In this document: positions 58,097 to 64,000 of the stretch, piece after piece
Layout of the letters: each line of letters starts with the position of its first letter
Position numbering within the stretch: position 1 is the first letter of the stretch
DNA from: Scenedesmus sp. PABB004
Lineage: Eukaryota
Assembly (NCBI GenBank): GCA_014905635.1
Contig: JABVCE010000008.1
Span: 1 to 64,000, forward strand
DNA: 64,000 nucleotides
Direction of reading: 5' to 3'
Translations under genes and position numbers: made by a program
Notes under the pieces: generated by a model
Seen by the model: only the letters and a program-made list of their open reading frames with translations
Told to the model about the DNA's origin: nothing
Database searches by the model: none

Positions 58097-61000
58097 AGCA
58101 TCTCGTGCTGCTGCATCGCCGCGTGTTGCTGCATGCCCATGGCTGCGTGCTGCTGCTGCGCCGCCGCCGCCATCATCGCGTGCACCGACGCGGCGCTGTC
58201 GACGTGCGGCACGCCGCCGGACAGCGCCGCGTCGCCGCCGATGTGGCTACTGGTGCCAGAGCCGACGTGCTGCGCCGGCACGTCGCCGGGCCCCAGCAGG
58301 CCGCCCGAGCCGGTGGAGCCCTGCGGCGCCAGGCCGCCCGCGCCGCCAGGCATCGGCAGGCTGCCCTCGCGCGGCATGGCGCCCGGCGGCAGCGGCGGCC
58401 GCCCCGCCACGTGCGCCGCCGCGGCGGCCGCATCCGCCTGCACTGCCGCGCTGTACGCGGCGGCGTGCTGCTGGTGCTGCGCGTTGACCGCCACCGCTGC
58501 CGCCACCGACGCGGCGGCGTGCTCGGCCTGCAGCTGCGCGTGCTGCTGCGCGTGCACGTTGGCAGCGTGCTGCGCCGCCGCCGCCGCGGCGGCCGCTTGC
58601 TCCAGCTGCGCCTGCGCCGCCTGCTGCTGCATGCTGGCCGCCGCCGCCACGGCAGTCGCCGCCTCCAGCTTGGCCGCCTGCTGCGCCGCCTGCTGCGCCG
58701 CGGCGGCGGCGTCCATGACCGCCTGCTGCTGCAGCGTCTGCCCCGCCGCCATGAGCCCCGCGCCCTGGCCGCCCGGCCCCAGCTGCTGCACCATCGGCAT
58801 CTGCGTGGTCACGAGGCTGCCGGCCATCGCCGGCGAGGTCTGCACCACACCCTGCATGCCCGCGTGGGGCAGTGCGTCGACCATGTGGTGCTGCTGCTGC
58901 AGCTGCTGCTGCTGCTGCTGTTGCTGCTGCTGCAACTGCTGCTGCTGCAGCTGCTGCTGCTGCTGCAGCTGCTGCTGTTGCTGCTGCTGCAGCTGCTGGT
59001 GCGGCAGCATGCCGCCTGCAGCGGCCGCGGGCGCCACCAGCGCGGGCGGTGCCAGTGAAGGCATGCCGCCCGACAGGGCCTGCAGCCCCGGCGCCACCAG
59101 CGTGCCGCCCGCGCCTCCCGACAGTGTCGGATGCTCGGCCTGCATCTGCAGCTGCTGCATCGCGGCGCTCGCCTGCGGCGCGAGGCTGCCGGCGCCCAGC
59201 AGCGCGGGGACCGCCGCGCCCGCCGCAACCGCCGCCTCGGCGGCGACCGCGGTCGTGCTGAGCTGCTCCGCGTGCACCTGCAGCGTCACGGCCTTCTGCT
59301 GCAGCTGCTGCGCCTGCGCCGCGACCTGCGCGTGCACCACGAGGTGCTTCTGCGCCTCCGCCTCGGCGCGCTGCGCGGCCGCGCTGACCTGCACCGCCGC
59401 GACGGCCTGCGCCTGGGCCTGCGCCTCGAGCTTGGACACCTCCGCCTGCGCGTGCGCGACCACCTCCTCCGGCGACACCACCGACTGCGGGCGCGGCCGC
59501 CAGCACGGCGCCGCGTCAGCGCCGCCACCCCGCCCGCGCCGCGCGCCGCGCGCCAGACCCGCGCGCCGCTCCCCGCGTGCCGCCCCCCGCGCGCCGCACC
59601 ACAGGCTGGTGTATCTGTGCGACCGCGGTCTGCTTCACGTCCTCAATCTTCTTCACCAGCTCCTCGTGCGTCTGCGCGATGACCTGCGCGGTCGCCTGCA
59701 GGCTCGCGACCTGGCTCGTCGCCGCCTGGGCCTTGGCCGCGTGGATCTCCGCCGCGACGTGCAGGCTCGCCGCCTGCTGCTGCACCGCGTGCGCAGCCTG
59801 CGCGACCTGCACCGCCGCGCACGTCGTCGCCGACACGGGCTCCGGCGCCTGCACGCGCGCGCAGGCGGGCGGCGTGAGCCGCAGGCGGGTGAGCCGCGGG
59901 CGGCGCGCGCTGCGGGCGGCGGCGCACGCTGCGGGTGGCGGCGCGCGCTGCGGGCGCGGCGGGGCTCACCAGCGCGGACATCGCGCCGCTGCCGAGGCCC
60001 TGCGACGCCGCGAGCGCCTGGCTGCTGGCGGCCATGGCGGACAGGCCCATGCTGATCCCCGGCAGGCCCGCGCCGCCGCCGTCGTCCACGCCCGACCGCG
60101 TGAGCCCCGGCGACGCGCCGAGGCTGGACGCCGGGCCGAGGCCGCCCAGCACGTCGCCCACGCCGCCGCTGCGGCCGGGGATGGCCACGGGCGCGGAGCC
60201 GGCGGGCACGCCGCTGCCGTCGAGCGAGCCCTCGCGGCCGACCATGCCCTGCAGCGACGACACGCTGCCGGCGTACGGCATCGCCGCCGGCGCTGCGCCT
60301 GGGTGCACGCCCAGCGCTGAGCCGAGGCCGCCGGCGCCGGCGCCGACCGCGCCCGGCGCGAGCGGCACCGCGGCGGCCGCCGCCGCGGCCGCCGCCGCGC
60401 GGCTGGCGGAGAGGTCGGTCGCGCCGGTGCTGGTGAAGCTGTCCATGCTGCGCATGCCGGGCGCGCCGCCGCCCAGCGCCGCGGCCGCGGCCGACCCGCT
60501 CGCGCCGCCGCCGCCGCCGCCGGCGCCCGCCAGCACGGCCGCCTTGGGCAGCGCCGCGGGCGGCAGCGCGCCGGGGTGGCCGCCATTGAGTGGGAAGCTG
60601 CCGGGGCCGGCCGCGTCCATCATGACCGCCGCGCCGCCGGCGGCGGCCGCCGCGGCCGCGGCGGCTGCAGCCGCGGCCGCCGCTGCGGCACCGGACATGT
60701 CGAGCACCTGGGGCACCTGGGGCATCGGCGTGTCGATGAGCCCCGCCGCCGCCATGCGCGCCTCGCGGAGCCCGTGCGCGGGGACGACGCGGCCCTCGCG
60801 CATCTGCGACGCGCACGCGCGCGCCGGGCGGGTGGGCGGGCGCCGTCGGCCGCCGCGGCCCGGGCGCGGCGCGCAAGCATACCCCCGCCGCCACGCCGTG
60901 GGCCCGCCGCGCGGCGCTCACCGCGGCCTCCATGTCGAGCAGCTGCTGCCGCAGCATCGCGTTCTCCTGCCGCACCACCTCCACCTGCTGCGACGCGCCC

Positions 61001-62193
61001 TCCAGCTGCGACAGGCGCTGCTTCAGCGTCTGCGCGCGGGCGGCGGCGGCGTGAGCGCGCGCGGGCGGCGGCGGCGTGACCGCGCGCGGGCGGCGCGGCC
61101 GCGCGTGGCGGCGCCGGCGGCGTCCACGCGCCGCGCGGCGCACCTTGACGGCGCGCTCGCGGTCCTCGCAGAACTTGCGCACGTCGCCCGACGCGATGCC
61201 GCGCACAATCTTGGCGAGCGTGAGGCGGCTGCCGTCGCCGCGCTTGCCCACGCCGCCCAGCAGCGGCCCCAGCAGGCGGCACTCGGTGTTCAGCCGCTTC
61301 TCGTCGTCCTTGGTCGCGAGCCGCCCGCTGAAGCGGCCCTGCAGGTGCGGCTTGCGCGCGCTGCGCGGGCGGCGCGGGCAGCGCGGCGGCGTCGGCAGGG
61401 CGCGGCGCTGCCCCGGGCCCCGCGCCCGGCTGCGCGCGCGGGCCGCCGCCGCGGCGCGGGCGCGGCGCGGGCGCGGCGCGGGCGTGCTCACCCCTTGCGA
61501 CCGGAGCCGCCGCGCGCGGTGCCGCTGACCTCGCGCTCCGCGCCGCTCCTGCCCACGGAGCTGGACTGCGACCCCGAGTTTGCGGGCGCGGCGGAGCCGC
61601 CCCAGCCGCCCGTGAGCAGCTGCTGCTGCTCGTGCAGGCTCTGCGCGGCGCGCATGCCGTGCCCGCTGGACGCGGCCATGCCGCCGCCGAGGCCGGCCTG
61701 CGCCATGAGCACGTCGCACGGCACGCCGTGCCCCAGCAGGTCGGGCGACGCGCCCAGGAGGCCGCCGGCGATGTGCGGCACGCCGACAAGCGCGCCGCCC
61801 GGCGCGCCACCGCCGTCAGGCAGCATCACGCCGGTCAGGCCGACATGCCCGGCGTGCGCGGCGTGCGCCGCGGCCGCCGCGGCGGGGTCCTGCGGCATGA
61901 ACGCGCCCGCCGTGTGCATGCCGGCCGCCTGCTGCTGCATCACCGCCTGCTGCTGCATCGCTGCCTGCTGCATCGCGACGTGCTGCATCGCCGCCGCCTG
62001 CTGCTGCTGCTGATGGTGCGCGGCCTGCTGCTGTTGCTGCTGCTGCTGTTGCTGCAGCAGCTCCTGCTGCTGCAGCGCCGCCTGCTGGTGCTGGTGCACG
62101 GCCTGCTGGTGGTCCAGCGCCTGCTGGTGCTGCTGCTGCAGGAGCTCCTGCGTCGCCGCCGCGGCGTGCTGCTGCATGGCCGCCGCGTGCTGG

Positions 62194-62229
<36 letters not shown>

Positions 62230-62408
62230 GCCGCCGCCGCCTGCATGGCCGCCGCGTGCGCCGCCGCCGCCGCCGCGTGCTGGGCGAGGTGGGGCGCCTC
62301 CTCGCCCGGCCAGCCGTTCATCACGAGCGGCCCGCCCGGCGCCTGCTGCGCCGCCACGGCCGCGGCGGCCTCCTGCTCCAGCTTGACGCTGCGCGGCTCG
62401 GCGGACAT
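57427..62408 (-). CDS. Large polyQ/polyA-rich protein with a central basic-helical plus coiled-coil region; putative transcription regulator; ~6 exons
   Basis: Consistent GT-AG splicing links Q/A-rich exons to a short ordered region RKPHLQGRFSGRLATKDDEKRLNTECRLLGPLL...RLTLAKIVRGI...|TLKQRLSQLEG...VRQENAMLRQQLLDME. Confidence 0.7.
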
Positions 62409-63457
62409 GGCTGCCCGCTAGCGACCATGCGGCGTCAGGCGCGGGGCATGGCGGCGGGGCTGCGCGCGCCGCGCCGCGCCGCTGCTGCCGGTCCGCTCGC
62501 CGCCGCGCGCGGCGCGCGCCGCCAGCGGGGCTGCCCTGCGGCGTGGGGCGCGGGCGGGGCGCGGGGCGTTGCCTGGCGCGGTCCTGCAGGCCTGCCGCGC
62601 CGCCCCGGCGCCGGGCGCGGGACCGGGCGCGCAGCAGGCGTGGGGGCCCGCCGCGGCGCGAGGGCGGGCCCGAGCCCGCCGCGCAGGCGCCGGGGCGACG
62701 CAGCGCGGGCCGGGGCGCGGCCGGGGAGCGGCGGAGGCGCACCTGGGGCCCTGGCGGGCGCGGGGCGGGCGCGACGCAGCGGGGGCGCGCGCGCGCGGGG
62801 CCGAGGCGCGCGGCGCGGCCGCTCGGGCGCGCCTCTGGCCAGCTCCACGCGCCACGCGCTGCGCTGGAGGCGGCTCTGCTGCTACTGATGCGGGGCGGGC
62901 GGGATGCTGCGACCGCGACGCTGCGCCGTCACTGCGACGCCTGGGGTGCTCGGGGAGCGAGAGAGCAGCGCGCCGCCGGCGCTCGCGGCAGGCAGCGGCG
63001 ACAGGCACGCGCGCGCCCCTCGGGGCGCAGCGGGCAGGGCCCAGCACGCGTCCCAGCCTCGCCCCCGGTCCACTCACCGTCACCCCGCGCTCCAGGCAGC
63101 CCCGCACGCGCTGCGCCGCGGGCGCGCACCGGCCCGGCGCAGCAGACGCCTCCCCGCCGCCGCTGCGGCCTGCGGCCAGCCGCGCCCGCGTCCAGGAGTG
63201 CCGGGAGCGCGTGATCGAGGCGCAGGCGGGCAGGTGGGCCCGCCGGCGCGCCCGGGGGGCCGTGCAGCAGCGGGGCAATCACGCGCCCCCGCCTCCCGGC
63301 GCCTGGCGGGGCCGTGCCGGCGCACCCGCGCGCGCCGTGCGCTCATGGACCCGCGGCCGCCCCGTCACCGCGCCGCAGCGGCCAGGCGGCGGCCGAGGGG
63401 GCGCGCGGCGCCGCGCCGTCTCCGCCGCGCCGCCGCGACCGCCGCCGCGGCGCCGCC

Positions 63458-64000
63458 ATGGCCGCCGTGGCGCCCGCGGACGCCGGGCCGGGCGCGGTGG
63501 TGGTGCCCGCGCCGGTGGAGGAGCCGGCGGTGGACCGGGCGAAGCACCCGAGCGGCATCGTGCCGCAGCTGCAAAACGTCGTCGCGACCGTCGACCTGGG
63601 CTGCAAGCTGGAGCTCAAGGACATCGCCCTCCACGCGCGCAACGCAGAGTACAACCCAAAGGTGCGCCCCGGCGCGCGGCGAGCAGCGGCGCGCGGCGAG
63701 CAGCGGCGCGCGGCGAGCAGCGGCGCGCGGCGAGCAGCGGCGCGCGGCGAGCAGCGGCGCGCGGCACGCAGCGGCGCGCCCGGACGGCTGAGCGGCGCCG
63801 CGGTGGTGGTCTGGTCGCTGCGCGGCTCGCAGCGCTTTGCGGCCGTGATCATGCGCATCCGCGAGCCCAAGACCACCGCGCTCATCTTTGCGTCGGGCAA
63901 GATGGTCTGCACCGGCGCCAAGAGCGAGGCGGAGTCGCGCCTCGCGGCCAAGAAGGTACGGCCGCAGCTGGGCGCGGCGTGGCAGCCGCCCGCGCCTCCG
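63458..64000 (+). CDS. TBP: TATA-box binding protein, 5' part (runs off the window)
   Basis: [71 protein letters not shown]; missed by the ORF track because of intron 63662-63832. Confidence 0.97.
   Translation, partial: MAAVAPADAGPGAVVVPAPVEEPAVDRAKHPSGIVPQLQNVVATVDLGCKLELKDIALHARNAEYNPKVRPGARRAAARGEQRRAASSGARRAAARGEQRRAARSGAPGRLSGAAVVVWSLRGSQRFAAVIMRIREPKTTALIFASGKMVCTGAKSEAESRLAAKKVRPQLGAAWQPPAPP
63670..63779. repeat. 17-bp minisatellite (CGGCGCGCGGCGAGCAG) in TBP intron 1
   Basis: Five exact copies, one variant and a partial copy. Confidence 0.93.

Noticed and set aside
56941..62888. Long plus-strand Cys-rich ORFs (e.g. 57113..60055) resembling metallothionein or keratin-associated proteins; likewise 22774..23373 and 26585..28852
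   Set aside because: They are antisense shadows of CAG/GCG (polyQ/polyA) codons in genes on the opposite strand.
63670..63779. 17-bp repeat as a CRISPR-like array
   Set aside because: Units are directly adjacent with no spacers, lie inside a TBP intron, and there are no cas genes.

Overview
This is the left end of a nuclear chromosome from a very GC-rich green alga. Gene content, intron style, the TTTAGGG telomere and UGUAA-type poly(A) signals suggest Chlorophyceae, possibly Sphaeropleales (inferred). A (CCCTAAA)n telomere is followed almost at once by about 20 tightly packed, intron-rich protein-coding genes, in order: a receptor-like TKL kinase, an MgtE-type transporter, a cNMP-dependent kinase, a conserved hypothetical protein, plastid GPDH, LTO1/VKOR, RPL5, RPL10A, a secreted Gln-rich protein, NDUFA7, SNF4/KINbetagamma, a CruP-like fusion, NTMT1, a SOS1-like antiporter, NEDD1, an MscS-like channel, HCF136, RPB9, a polyQ bHLH-ZIP-like protein and TBP (truncated by the window). 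Most supplied ORFs are artefacts of the GC content, so gene models were rebuilt by hand from splice sites. Points worth checking: (1) at least 10 GC-AG introns, with a genome-style donor GYGCGC; (2) a SNF4 exon of exactly 600 nt flanked by complementary (CCCA)n/(TGGG)n intron repeats; (3) a CruP-like gene apparently fused to a second protein via a ~235-bp duplication; (4) a secreted precursor ending in a possible amidation signal; (5) a divergent bHLH-ZIP-like factor; (6) almost no subtelomere. No transposon, CRISPR array or RNA gene was recognised. Product calls rest on recalled motifs, not database searches.
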